Shown here one piece after another: positions 1-9,426 of a stretch of 64,000 bases of DNA. Origin of the DNA: a bacterium (GTDB lineage Bacteria; SAR324; NAC60-12); contig OZ242383.1 in the NCBI GenBank assembly GCA_965209155.1, forward strand, positions 992,001 to 1,056,000. The letters run 5' to 3'. Position 1 is the stretch's first letter; every line of letters begins with the position of its first letter. The notes under the pieces were generated by a model. That model saw only the letters and a program-made list of their open reading frames with translations. It had not been told where the DNA came from and ran no database searches. Both the position numbers and the translations under genes were made by a program.

Positions 1-486
1 TTTTTTAACCATTTTCTGCTTCAACATGGGAAGATGATCGATAAATAAGATTCCGTTCAAGTGGTCCAATTCGTGTTGGATGCAAATGGCTGTGAGGCCG
101 TCTGTTTCTAGTTGATGAGGATGGCCTTCGACATCTTGATAATTCAAAATTATCTGTTGCGCTCGTTTAACTTCCGCCCTGAAGTCGGTGACGCTCAAAC
201 AACCTTCCTCCGTGACAACTTCTCCTGTTTTGTGAATAATGTCGGGATTGACAAAAACATGAGGGTCGCGGGTGGACAGGTCCTCATTTCCACTGAAAAC
301 ATCAACCACCACGATTCGTTTCAGAATTCCCACTTGATTGGCAGCCAAGCCTATACCCTCAGACGCATACATGGTGTTCAGCATATTTTCTGCTAATTTT
401 TCCAGCTCCTCATTAAAGACCCCAATGGGTTTTGCGACCTGTTTCAAGATAGGGTCGGGAAAGGTATGAACAGGGAGTAGAGTCAT
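1..486 (-). CDS. def: Peptide deformylase, runs off the left edge
   Basis: Manual translation from the ATG at 486 gives MTLLPVHTFPDPILKQ with motifs GIGLAANQVG, EGCLS and QHELDHL. Confidence 0.95.
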   Translation of the reverse strand, partial: MTLLPVHTFPDPILKQVAKPIGVFNEELEKLAENMLNTMYASEGIGLAANQVGILKRIVVVDVFSGNEDLSTRDPHVFVNPDIIHKTGEVVTEEGCLSVTDFRAEVKRAQQIILNYQDVEGHPHQLETDGLTAICIQHELDHLNGILFIDHLPMLKQKMVKK

Positions 487-553
487 TTTTTTGTTTATGA
501 TTTCAAACTGATAGTTTTAGATGGACCAACAAGCCGAGCAGTGAACGTACTGA

Positions 554-1642
554 TCATTTTAACTCGATTCGTTTTAAAAAATCAATTAAGAATTCCTGCC
601 ACACCGGGTCAGGAAGGATTTGCATTTCCATCACCCAGACCTCATTTGCCAACTCGGGGAATTGCTGCAATTTGACCGCGTCTTTTTCAGTAGTGATCCA
701 AAAATCCGGTTTTATTTTTTGTTTATACTGCAATAACGAAATGATCTTCCGGCGTGAATAGACAAAATGATCCTCAAAGAAGAGCATGTCTGCTATTTCA
801 GCATTCAATTGCTTGAAAATCAGAGTAAAACTTTCCGGCTGAGCAATGCCACAAGTCAATAAAACACTTTTTTTTCGCAGGGCAGCCAAATTCAAATTCT
901 CCTGCCTGTCGAGACGTCTTAATACTGAAGGCAGGTAATTGAATTTAAATACGGGACAGTCAATCTTAAATTGATTCTGCAGTTGGTGAAGCACGCGGTC
1001 CGAGAATCCCAGGTTACTTTTGGTCAAAATAATCGCATCTGCTCTCTGCCAATGATGCTCGGGTTCTCTCAGCTCTCCCAATGGTAAAAGGTACCCGTTG
1101 CCCAACCCCCGCTGCGCATCAATCAAAAGTAAATTCAGATCCCGTTTCAATTGCAGGATCTGAAAACCATCGTCCAATACGCAAATTTGCGGATTGTCCC
1201 AAAGTTTTGCAAGATGTGCCGACAAATTCCGGTTTGGCCCAATATAAACCGGGATAGACGGATTTCTGGACGCCAATAAATATGGCTCATCACCGCAAGT
1301 GAAGGGCGTATTGGGAAGATCTTCAGACGAACAGATTCGTTGCAGGGAAGCCTGGGAGCGATTGCCATATCCCCTCGTTAAAATTGCGCTACGAAACCCT
1401 AACCGGTTCAATTCTCTGACCAGAAAATCGACTACCGGTGTTTTGCCAGTACCTCCTGTTGTAAGATTACCCACTGATATGATTGAGGTGTCTGCTTTTT
1501 TTGCCTTAAAAATACCATGCCGGTAGAGAGCCAGTCGTGCTAAAACAAGTGCCTCGTAAATCAATGAAAGCGTCAATAATACGAAATAAAGAGGAGCTGT
1601 TTTCCAAGAAAATTTCTGTTTCAGCATTGGTGAAATATCCAT
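554..1642 (-). CDS. lpxK: Tetraacyldisaccharide 4'-kinase
   Basis: Motifs ISVGNLTTGGTGKTP, GDEP, LDDGFQ, LLPLGELREP and ITTEKDAVK. Confidence 0.95.
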   Translation of the reverse strand: MDISPMLKQKFSWKTAPLYFVLLTLSLIYEALVLARLALYRHGIFKAKKADTSIISVGNLTTGGTGKTPVVDFLVRELNRLGFRSAILTRGYGNRSQASLQRICSSEDLPNTPFTCGDEPYLLASRNPSIPVYIGPNRNLSAHLAKLWDNPQICVLDDGFQILQLKRDLNLLLIDAQRGLGNGYLLPLGELREPEHHWQRADAIILTKSNLGFSDRVLHQLQNQFKIDCPVFKFNYLPSVLRRLDRQENLNLAALRKKSVLLTCGIAQPESFTLIFKQLNAEIADMLFFEDHFVYSRRKIISLLQYKQKIKPDFWITTEKDAVKLQQFPELANEVWVMEMQILPDPVWQEFLIDFLKRIELK

Positions 1643-1848
1643 TTCGAATCAAGTTTCAATTCTGTCGATGCATTGTTGTTATAATTGCTATCTTCAGGGA
1701 GGAGATCCAATGTTCCAGGAAAGGTCGAATTTTTGTTCCTCCTCCATTCCAGGAAATTACCCCCTGTAGAACATTTTTATAAAATTTGATAGAATATCTC
1801 CTGTTTATTGTCAAACTTCCAAGAACCTGAGAAGATTCATTTCAGACC

Positions 1849-2796
1849 ATGATTGACCATTTGGACTTGATCTTAGCCAAACCACGGGGTTTCTGTGCCG
1901 GAGTTGACCGGGCCATCACCATTGTTGAAAAGGCCCTCGAGTCCTATGGACCTCCCATTTATATACGACACGAAATCGTACACAATCCGCACGTTGTGAA
2001 GCGCTTGCAAAAGTGTGGCGCTATTTTCGTCGAGGACCTGGAAGAGGTTCCAAAGGGAGCATGGATTATTTTTTCGGCGCATGGAGTTTCACCAACCGTT
2101 CGAAAAAAAGCAGTAGAATTGGGACTGAAAACTTTGGACGCGACATGCCCTTTGGTCACCAAAGTCCATTTGGAAGCGCAACGCTTTGCAAAATCGGGAT
2201 ATACCATCATCTTGATTGGCCATCGTGACCATGTTGAAGTGCAGGGAACTGTGGGAGAAGCTCCTCATAATATAATTGTCGTGAGCAGTATCGAGGATGT
2301 CGAAAAGCTGGCAATATCTCCCAATCAAAAAGTAGCTTATTTGACTCAAACGACTTTATCCATGGATGATACGGCAGAAATCATTGCGGCATTGAAATGG
2401 AAATTTCCTGCTATTCAAGGTCCGCCTAAAGAAGACATTTGTTATGCTACCCAAAATCGCCAGAACGCTGTAAAAGTGATGGCGGATGAGGTGGACCTGG
2501 TACTGGTACTGGGCGCTCCCAATAGTTCCAACACCTTGAGGTTGGTGGAAGTGGCTCGCGCCAACGGAATACCTGCCAAACGCATAGAATCGGTAAATGA
2601 AATTCAGCTCGAGTGGTTGAATGGGATCAAGCGCATCGGTATCACAGCCGGGGCTTCCGCACCCGAAGAGATTGTTCAAGAAACGATCAATGCGCTGAAA
2701 AACATGTCTGTCGATAGTCAGGTCCGGGAATTTACGCTAGTTGAAGAAAACGTTACTTTCGTCCTTCCATCCGTTTTAAAAACGGCAACATTATAG
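1849..2796 (+). CDS. ispH: 4-hydroxy-3-methylbut-2-enyl diphosphate reductase
   Basis: Motifs PRGFCAGVDRAI, HEIVHN, DATCPLVTKVH, DICYATQNRQ and TAGASAPE. Confidence 0.97.
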   Translation: MIDHLDLILAKPRGFCAGVDRAITIVEKALESYGPPIYIRHEIVHNPHVVKRLQKCGAIFVEDLEEVPKGAWIIFSAHGVSPTVRKKAVELGLKTLDATCPLVTKVHLEAQRFAKSGYTIILIGHRDHVEVQGTVGEAPHNIIVVSSIEDVEKLAISPNQKVAYLTQTTLSMDDTAEIIAALKWKFPAIQGPPKEDICYATQNRQNAVKVMADEVDLVLVLGAPNSSNTLRLVEVARANGIPAKRIESVNEIQLEWLNGIKRIGITAGASAPEEIVQETINALKNMSVDSQVREFTLVEENVTFVLPSVLKTATL

Positions 2797-3345
2797 TTCC
2801 CGATTATCTTTCCAGAATTCGCGGAATTGCTCCAACGCTTTGCGTCTCATGGAGATCAAATTTTTTTGAGCAGGAAGCATCTCCGCAAAGGTCACCTCGA
2901 ATCCTTCGGGACAAAAAATACTATCCCAACCAAATCCGTGACCACCCCGAGGCGCAACAATCGTTCCTTTCAATGCGCCAAAAAACAGGTACTCTTTTAC
3001 TCCATTTGTGAATCCTAATCCACAAACAGATTCTGCGCTGAAGTCTTCAAAAACCGACAATGCCTTAAACAAATCGTCAACTCCAAGCTCATCGAGGAAC
3101 CATTTGATAAATGGACCAGGCAGTCTGTTCCATGCATTGAAAAAAAGAGCGGTGTCTTCCACTAAAAGCGGTTTTTGAATTTCTTTATAGGCTTGTCTCA
3201 TTTGATGTTTCAACAGGGTTTGCATGTTCGTGGTTTGGATTTCATCAAGATCCAATTCCGCATGTTCGATGGGAATCCGTAATATTTCTCGAAACTCTTT
3301 TAATTTATTTGAATTGGAAGTGACGAAATAGAGAGGAGGATTCAT
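2791..3345 (-). CDS. rdgB: Non-canonical purine NTP pyrophosphatase (Ham1/ITPase family)
   Basis: Motifs TSNxxKLKE, VEDT, LPGPFIKWF, GFGWDSIF and KNLISMR. Confidence 0.9.
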   Translation of the reverse strand: MNPPLYFVTSNSNKLKEFREILRIPIEHAELDLDEIQTTNMQTLLKHQMRQAYKEIQKPLLVEDTALFFNAWNRLPGPFIKWFLDELGVDDLFKALSVFEDFSAESVCGLGFTNGVKEYLFFGALKGTIVAPRGGHGFGWDSIFCPEGFEVTFAEMLPAQKNLISMRRKALEQFREFWKDNREL

Positions 3346-3348
3346 TTT

Positions 3349-3822
3349 TATACCTGCAATACCTGGTAGTCGTCAGAGAGCCGCGTTTCTCGTCAATTCA
3401 CGTGATCGACTGGAATCCATCGACGGTAATTGCCTGGCCCGTGATAAAGTTCGGCTCGGCACTCGCCAGGAACGCAACCACCTCGCCGGTGTCTTCGGGC
3501 GTGCCAAAGAGCCCAAGGCTAATCCCTTCCGGAACCTTATGAGCCAAAGCCTTGGCAGTCTGCTCAGTTTTGATGGTGCCCGGACATATCGCATTCACCC
3601 GATTGATTCCGTGTTCATCTACCGCGGCTTTAGCCTTGGAAGCCGTTCGTGATGAGATTGAAACAATTTCTGAGTTTTTCGATTCGAGCGAAGCAGGAAG
3701 GTGGGCCTTCATGCCAATCTCTGAAGTCGAAATAAGACCATACCGAACAACTTTCTTTCTCATGTCTTTCACCCATCCAGGGCGTTTTCGATTGGGCGGT
3801 TCTCGTCGTCAAATTACGTCAG
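3349..3822 (-). pseudogene. Most eroded cluster copy (A): Gfo/Idh/MocA 5' end fused in frame to the SDR1 3' end, followed by a cupin fragment
   Basis: ORF 3398-3772 starts MKDMRKK like 34419-35489 and ends ITVDGFQSIT like 33521; 3349-3389 resembles cupin 19830-19871. Confidence 0.9.
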
Positions 3823-3834
3823 CACTTCAACCGA

Positions 3835-3930
3835 GCGCGTGCTGGTCTCATCCAGGACTTGATCCTCGCTGCTCTCTGTGTCAGTCCTTGAAAATATGGG
3901 GCAATCCTGCCCTTCCCGGAACGAAAAGCA
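3835..3930. repeat. 96-bp unassigned repeat, copy 1 (copy 2 at 27516-27611)
   Basis: gcgcgtgctggtctcatcc...cccggaacgaaaagca occurs twice with a few substitutions. Confidence 0.9.
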
Positions 3931-3978
3931 TGGGATTCAGAGCGCATCATTTATAGTAAAACAGGGAGCAGGGTCGAA

Positions 3979-4084
3979 GTAGGCCCAATGAACAAGCAAT
4001 AACCTTACTACATCCTCATATTGTGGCCAATACGATTCCCAATATGCTGTAGGCCCAATGAACAAGCAATAACCTTACTACATC
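3979..4084. CRISPR. CRISPR-like mini-array: two identical 36-bp repeats and one 34-bp spacer, no cas genes in the window
   Basis: GTAGGCCCAATGAACAAGCAATAACCTTACTACATC at 3979-4014 and 4049-4084; spacer at 4015-4048. Confidence 0.45.
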
Positions 4085-4168
4085 TGGTGAAAAATTATCC
4101 AGGTTGCAGAAGGTGGTATTTTGTGATTATGAAAAGAATATACTGAATTACTCCTAAGAAGAGGTCTT

Positions 4169-4537
4169 ATGCCCAGATTTGAAAAGGATGAAGCAAGGGA
4201 AGAGCGGATCACAATGGAAATCGTGGTAGACTGCTACAATGAATATGAACGAGCAGCAGGATGGGAATGTGTGCTTGGTGATACCCTGATTTTTCCTTTC
4301 AAGGCTAAATGTATTGAAGCAAAACGTGTTTCACCATTGAAAGAAGGAGAAATAGTGACTGCATTAGACTTAATCCCTCTTGAAGAAGGAGGAAATGAGT
4401 TTTTTGTAGAAATTGATTGGGAAGAGCGGAATATGGGAGTTCCTCTATCCCAGTTAGAAGGAATTGATGTCGATGATGAAGTCCAGCAAATTATAGGAGA
4501 TTGGCACTATTGGGTGAAACAGGGATATGAATTTTAA
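4169..4537 (+). CDS. CcbP-like calcium-binding family protein
   Basis: REERITMEIVVDCY...GW...FPFKAKC...VPLSQL...DWHYW pattern. Confidence 0.75.
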   Translation: MPRFEKDEAREERITMEIVVDCYNEYERAAGWECVLGDTLIFPFKAKCIEAKRVSPLKEGEIVTALDLIPLEEGGNEFFVEIDWEERNMGVPLSQLEGIDVDDEVQQIIGDWHYWVKQGYEF

Positions 4538-4663
4538 AATCAAAAAAGCAGAATCATAGAAACCTGCACATAGCCAGCAAAAATGGTATTTTTAATAATT
4601 TCTCCCGTTTTGTCGACAAACAGGAACATAGCGATTATCGTACTCAAAGCAATAGGAAGATCA

Positions 4664-4900
4664 ATGCATGAACGTATAACCATTGACCCTAAAATTTGCC
4701 ATGGACAAGCCTGCATCAAAGGGACACGAATTCCAGTTCATCAAATTGTCCATATGCTTGCCAATGATGATTCCATTGAAGTATTACTGAAAGAATATCC
4801 TTCTATTGAACGAATGGATATTTTAGCTTGTCTGGACTACGCAGCCTCCCTTGCGGAAGAACAAGTAACTCCTCTTGATTCACTATCAGAAGCTATATGA
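4664..4900 (+). CDS. DUF433 family antitoxin
   Basis: RITIDPKICHGQACIKGTRIPV...YPSI..DILACLDYAA. Confidence 0.9.
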   Translation: MHERITIDPKICHGQACIKGTRIPVHQIVHMLANDDSIEVLLKEYPSIERMDILACLDYAASLAEEQVTPLDSLSEAI

Positions 4901-5050
4901 AAATTCTGGTAGATGAAAACATTCCCATGATTACAGTAAATTCGCTTTTGGAACAAGGGCATGATGTATAGGATATTCGAGGTTCCGAATCTGAAGGCAT
5001 GATTGACGATTTACTTTGGGATGCTTCCCAACAAGAAAAGAGCGATAAAC
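4897..5050 (+). pseudogene. DUF5615 PIN-like toxin, nonsense-mutated and 3'-truncated
   Basis: MKILVDENIP...GHDV then TAG at 4969-4971; the frame continues DIRGSESEGMIDD until the convergent amidase. Confidence 0.8.
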
Positions 5051-5057
5051 TTCATTG

Positions 5058-6560
5058 TTATCTACTTAAATCAGCATTGGCTAAAAACTGCGGAGCTTTT
5101 CGAACTTGAGTTGCTTGCTCATAAGCATAGGCTAATTTGATCAGCGTGGGTTCTTGATAAGCGCCTCCAAAAAATGAAACGCCGACAGGGAGCCCGAAGA
5201 TAAATCCAGTAGGAACTGTAATGCCAGGATAACCCGCCACTGCAGGAAACATGGAGCTTTTACTGTTATATGGGGGATCTCCATTGACCAAATCGGTGGT
5301 CCAGGCAGGGCTCCCTGTCGGTGCCACAATCGCATCCAGCTGATGCTCCTGCAAAACTTGATCGATGCCGTCTGTTCTTGAAAGACGTCGACATTTCTCT
5401 AAGGCATTCTGGTATTTTTCACTCGATAATGGCCCTTTTTCTTCTGCTTTCAGTAAAAGTTCCTGGCCAAAATAGGGCATTGCATTGGCCCGGTTTTGTT
5501 CATTGAATGCAATGACTTCCTTCAATGAATGGACGTGGACCTCGGAGCCAAGCTCTCTCAAATAGCGGTTGAGATCTGTTTTGAATTCATACAGCAGCAC
5601 TTCAATTTCAGCTTGTTTTAATGGTTCAATATTTTCCATCTTGATCGGATCTACGATTTCGGCACCGAGCTGCTTCATTTTTTCAATGGCCTCATCAGTG
5701 ATCAGGTCGACTTTATCATGAAAGCCAAAGAGATTTCGTGCTATTCCTATCCTTGCTCCTTCAAGGCCATTGGGATCTAAGAACGGTGTGTAGTCGGTAT
5801 AGGATTTTCCTTGACTTTCTTCGGTAACGGAATCTCGGAGGTCTACTCCAGTAAGAGCACCAAGGAGGATGGCCGCATCCTCGACAGTTCTTGCCATCGG
5901 ACCTGCGGTATCCTGGCTGTGCGCAATCGGGATGATACCGGATCTTCCAACCAGGCCGACAGTGGGTTTGATTCCAACCAGGCAACTTGCTGAAGAAGGT
6001 GTCATGATGGAACCATCCGTTTCCGTGCCAATTGCAGCAGCACAGAGGTTTGCAGCAACAGCAACTCCCGAACCTGCGCTGGATCCGAAAGGATTCCGGT
6101 CAAGAACATAGGGATTTCGCGTTTGACCCCCACGACTACTCCAACCACTCGAGGAGCATGTCGATCTGAAATTAGCCCACTCGCTCAAGTTTGTTTTACC
6201 GAGTATCACCGCACCCGCTTCTCGAAGTTTTTGAGCAACAAATGAATCTTGGGAAGCAATGGAGCCAATAAGAGCTAAAGAGCCTGCCGTTGTCATCATT
6301 TGATCGGCAGTGTCGATGTTATCTTTAATGAGAATTGGGATACCATGCAATGGCCCCCGAGGCCCATGGGTTTTACGCTCTGTATCTAGAGTATCTGCAA
6401 TTGCTAAAGCATCCGGGTTGAGTTCAAGAACCGCATTGATCGCTGGTCCTTGCTTATCAATTTCTTCAATTCGTGCCAGATACCACTCTGTCATCCTCCG
6501 AGCACTCTCCGCCTCCGAGTTCATTTTTTCTTGCAATTGACGAATGGTCATTTCTTCCAT
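5058..6560 (-). CDS. Amidase signature family enzyme
   Basis: Motifs GPLHGIPILIKDNI, GKTNLSEWANFR, GSSAGS and GTETDGSI. Confidence 0.93.
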   Translation of the reverse strand: MEEMTIRQLQEKMNSEAESARRMTEWYLARIEEIDKQGPAINAVLELNPDALAIADTLDTERKTHGPRGPLHGIPILIKDNIDTADQMMTTAGSLALIGSIASQDSFVAQKLREAGAVILGKTNLSEWANFRSTCSSSGWSSRGGQTRNPYVLDRNPFGSSAGSGVAVAANLCAAAIGTETDGSIMTPSSASCLVGIKPTVGLVGRSGIIPIAHSQDTAGPMARTVEDAAILLGALTGVDLRDSVTEESQGKSYTDYTPFLDPNGLEGARIGIARNLFGFHDKVDLITDEAIEKMKQLGAEIVDPIKMENIEPLKQAEIEVLLYEFKTDLNRYLRELGSEVHVHSLKEVIAFNEQNRANAMPYFGQELLLKAEEKGPLSSEKYQNALEKCRRLSRTDGIDQVLQEHQLDAIVAPTGSPAWTTDLVNGDPPYNSKSSMFPAVAGYPGITVPTGFIFGLPVGVSFFGGAYQEPTLIKLAYAYEQATQVRKAPQFLANADLSR

Positions 6561-6737
6561 TGTAAAAGCTCCACATGATTGTTTAAATTCACTGTTGCCT
6601 GAACCATAGCAAGAAATCTACTTTTTATCGACCCATTGACCACTCTATAAGAATAAAAGTGCAATCAGAGCTAGAACCATGAGTACTTTCAGTTTGCCTT
6701 TACCAGATTCCTTTTATTGCTACTTCTGCACAAGGCT

Positions 6738-6833
6738 TTAGTAGAATGCCATCGACTTTGCTAACAATTGTTGGAGTTCACTTAAAAAAGGATATCTGGG
6801 ATTAAATCGATACAATCGGGTCTTCCCATTGGA
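6738..6833 (-). pseudogene. C-terminal remnant of a winged-helix protein, possibly an antitoxin
   Basis: Translates to GKTRLYRFNPRYPFLSELQQLL. Confidence 0.5.
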
Positions 6834-6905
6834 TGATAAAATCAGTGTGCTTGCCTTAAAAGATATCTCCTCTACTGCTATCACTCCTGAGAGCAGCCGC
6901 TGAAT

Positions 6906-7120
6906 CTGATCCCCGCTAAAATTTTATGCCCCTCACAAGCGATACCTCCCACTAGTCCTGCTCACCAGTCAAGGTCGCTACGATGTCCCCTAGAGTGGAA
7001 GACCCTCTGCGGAGCAAAGAGTATCAAGGGATTACCCCACATTTAAACCTTGGATAAAGCGAAAAAAGATTTGACCCCTTTTGACCCCTTTTCAAGCCAA
7101 TAATATAGGATAAGGTCTTT
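6906..7120. repeat. 215-bp duplicate of 15298-15512 (Uma2 stop, intergenic region, AbiEii 3' end); third partial copy at 21152-21195
   Basis: Near-identical sequence ctgatccccgctaaaattttatg...ggataaggtcttt. Confidence 0.95.
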
Positions 7121-7145
7121 TTCTATCCTAATCTCTATGGCCATT

Positions 7146-7810
7146 CTAGAAATGTCCTCCAGAGGGAAGGACATCGGCTAATTGGTCACGGACCCCGTAG
7201 GGGTCGAAGAGGGCTTCTACCTGAGCCCAAGTGGTGGGATCCACCGGGATGCCCTGGGCCAATCGCTCCTGGCGCGACTTGGCGGATCTTTCCCCTGGAA
7301 AGAAAACCCCGCTCGATCCTTCCATCGGAGGGGTGTCTTGAAGGTATTTCATCATCTGTTGGACCTCGGCCTGGATGGTTTCCAGGGGTGCCATGCGGCC
7401 CAGGTCGATGGCGAGTATCGTGGACCCTTCCCACAGATCCATCTTTCTTGGAGGCAAAGCGATCTGGCCCAGAATTCCCCCGAAAAGCGCGATCATGACC
7501 GAGAGCGCATATCCCTCGCCATTTCCGTCGCTCGTGTGGCAACCACCTGTCCGAAGGTAGAATGGCCATCAATCTGGAGGATCGCCCCATGGTTGCCAAC
7601 GACTTCCGGCTCTGCTCTTGGATCGACCACGCCTTCCTCTATTTCTTTCAGGTACTGGGGTAGTCGAATGAACCCATGGGAATCGTATCCCGCAAGATCG
7701 GCCTGGGCCAGGTGGTCCGCCACGATACTGGCGTGGCTGGCCGGGGCACCTCCCGCCTGCAACATCACATCGGTTATCCGGACAATCTGATGCTTCGTCA
7801 ATATTGGCAT
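7146..7810 (-). pseudogene. Ldh_2 (malate/L-lactate dehydrogenase-like) oxidoreductase with an internal deletion
   Basis: N-terminal ADLAGYDSHG and C-terminal VFFPGER...GIPVD in different frames; only about 220 codons remain. Confidence 0.85.
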
Positions 7811-7861
7811 GTTTAGCTCCTAAGAATTCGGTTAAATGGTTCCCTTCTCATCACTCACCCA

Positions 7862-8617
7862 TCACCTCCCTGCGGTTAATCCGCCGTCAATGACCAAATC
7901 GCTGCCGGTGACAAAAGAAGACTCGTCCGAAGCCAGGTAAAGGGCGCCGTAGGCCACGTCTTCCGGCTGGCCCGCGTGGCCCAGGGGAATACTGTTGAAC
8001 AGGTCCTGTCGAGATTCCTCCTCCTCCAAAAAGTGGGCGATCATCATTGTTTCGATGTTGGCCGGAAGTATGGAGTTGACGCGGATCCCTTCCCTGGCGT
8101 ATTGAACAGCGGTGGACTTGGTCAATAGCCGCATCGCGGCCTTGGACGTGTTGTAGGTGCACGACGTCCCCATGTTGCCTTCCAGCGCAGCCACCGAAGC
8201 GATGTTGATCATGGAGCCGCCACCCGATTTCCGCATCTCGGGTATAGCGTATTTTGTCCCCAGAAACGCACCCTTGGCAATTATATCCAAATCCCGATCC
8301 CACTGCTCGCTGGTGATCTCCTCCACCCGAGCGAATCGGCAAGTCCCCGCATTGTTCACCAGCACGTTCAGTTTCCCGAAGCGGGCGACCGTGGACGCCA
8401 CGGCTTGCTGCCACTCGGCCTCGCTGGTGACATCCAACCGGACGAAGAGGCACTCGCCACCGGTTTCATTAATTTCGGTCTCGGTCTGACGCCCTTCTTC
8501 TTCCAGCACGTCTCCAATGACCACTTTGGCCCCTTCCCCGGCAAACAGCGTGGCCATCGCTGCGCCCAGGCCCCTGGCTCCCCCGCTGATAAAAGCGACC
8601 TTGTCTTTCAGTCTCAT
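7862..8617 (-). CDS. Short-chain dehydrogenase/reductase
   Basis: Motifs SGGARGLG, NNAG and YNTSK. Confidence 0.92.
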   Translation of the reverse strand: MRLKDKVAFISGGARGLGAAMATLFAGEGAKVVIGDVLEEEGRQTETEINETGGECLFVRLDVTSEAEWQQAVASTVARFGKLNVLVNNAGTCRFARVEEITSEQWDRDLDIIAKGAFLGTKYAIPEMRKSGGGSMINIASVAALEGNMGTSCTYNTSKAAMRLLTKSTAVQYAREGIRVNSILPANIETMMIAHFLEEEESRQDLFNSIPLGHAGQPEDVAYGALYLASDESSFVTGSDLVIDGGLTAGR

Positions 8618-9339
8618 AGTTTCCCTCCATCGTTGATGATGGTTGTTTCTCTCCCCGCTAACCACTGGATGCCCCGCCCCACTACCGTTCGAAAACCGGG
8701 GTTTGAGTAGGCCTGGTTATCGTGCCCGTTTTGATAGCAGAAGACCCTCGCCTTACCGAAGGTCCGAGTCCACGCGATCGTCTTCATACTCTGGGGATGA
8801 TCGGTGGTGAGCAAAATGTGGCTATCCTCGTCCGCGTCATCTATGTGATAGGTCTCGTCGACGATGTCCCACGGCTCCAGTGTGGCAGTGATGGGATGCT
8901 CGGTGTCCGCGACGTCGATGCGCACGGTCTGGTCGAAGGCACACGGTATTCCCCCTCGCTGACGCATACCGCTAAGCTCTCTCCAGAGCGGCCAGTCGGC
9001 AAACGCCATCAGCGCGTGATGCAGCAGAAATATCCCCTGGTCCCCATCACCAAGGCCCTCCAGCATCTCCTTTATAGCTCCGCTCTGCCCTGCATCGGTT
9101 CCTGGCTCTATATAGTTCTTTAATTTGCCATCTTTTTCAGCGGGCGTGCTTTGCCACCAGCCGAAGAACACGAGTACGTCATAGGTCCCTGGACCGCGTG
9201 CCGCGTCGAAAACGAAGTCCCACAGGCTCTGAGGGTAGGCCTCGATTTCGGGAAGGGAGCGAAGCATGGACTGGAAGCCGACCACGTCATACTCGTGCTC
9301 GCCGGTAATCACGGCCGTTTTTATCTTTCCATTCGTCAT
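8614..9339 (-). CDS. ThuA-like domain protein
   Basis: HPIT...DETY...IAWTRTFGKARVF...GHD...F.....RGIQW. Confidence 0.8.
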   Translation of the reverse strand: MTNGKIKTAVITGEHEYDVVGFQSMLRSLPEIEAYPQSLWDFVFDAARGPGTYDVLVFFGWWQSTPAEKDGKLKNYIEPGTDAGQSGAIKEMLEGLGDGDQGIFLLHHALMAFADWPLWRELSGMRQRGGIPCAFDQTVRIDVADTEHPITATLEPWDIVDETYHIDDADEDSHILLTTDHPQSMKTIAWTRTFGKARVFCYQNGHDNQAYSNPGFRTVVGRGIQWLAGRETTIINDGGKL

Positions 9340-9426
9340 GTTCCTGTCTCCTGTAAAGGTTAAGTCAAATAATGGGGCGGGTTTGCAAACCACCCCTACA
9401 GGTGCCTGTTAGTAAGAGTTAGCCGG

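Noticed and set aside
3979..4084. Ankyrin repeat coding sequence (minus strand reads DVVRLLLVH)
   Set aside because: The period is 70 bp, not a multiple of three, and a stop follows
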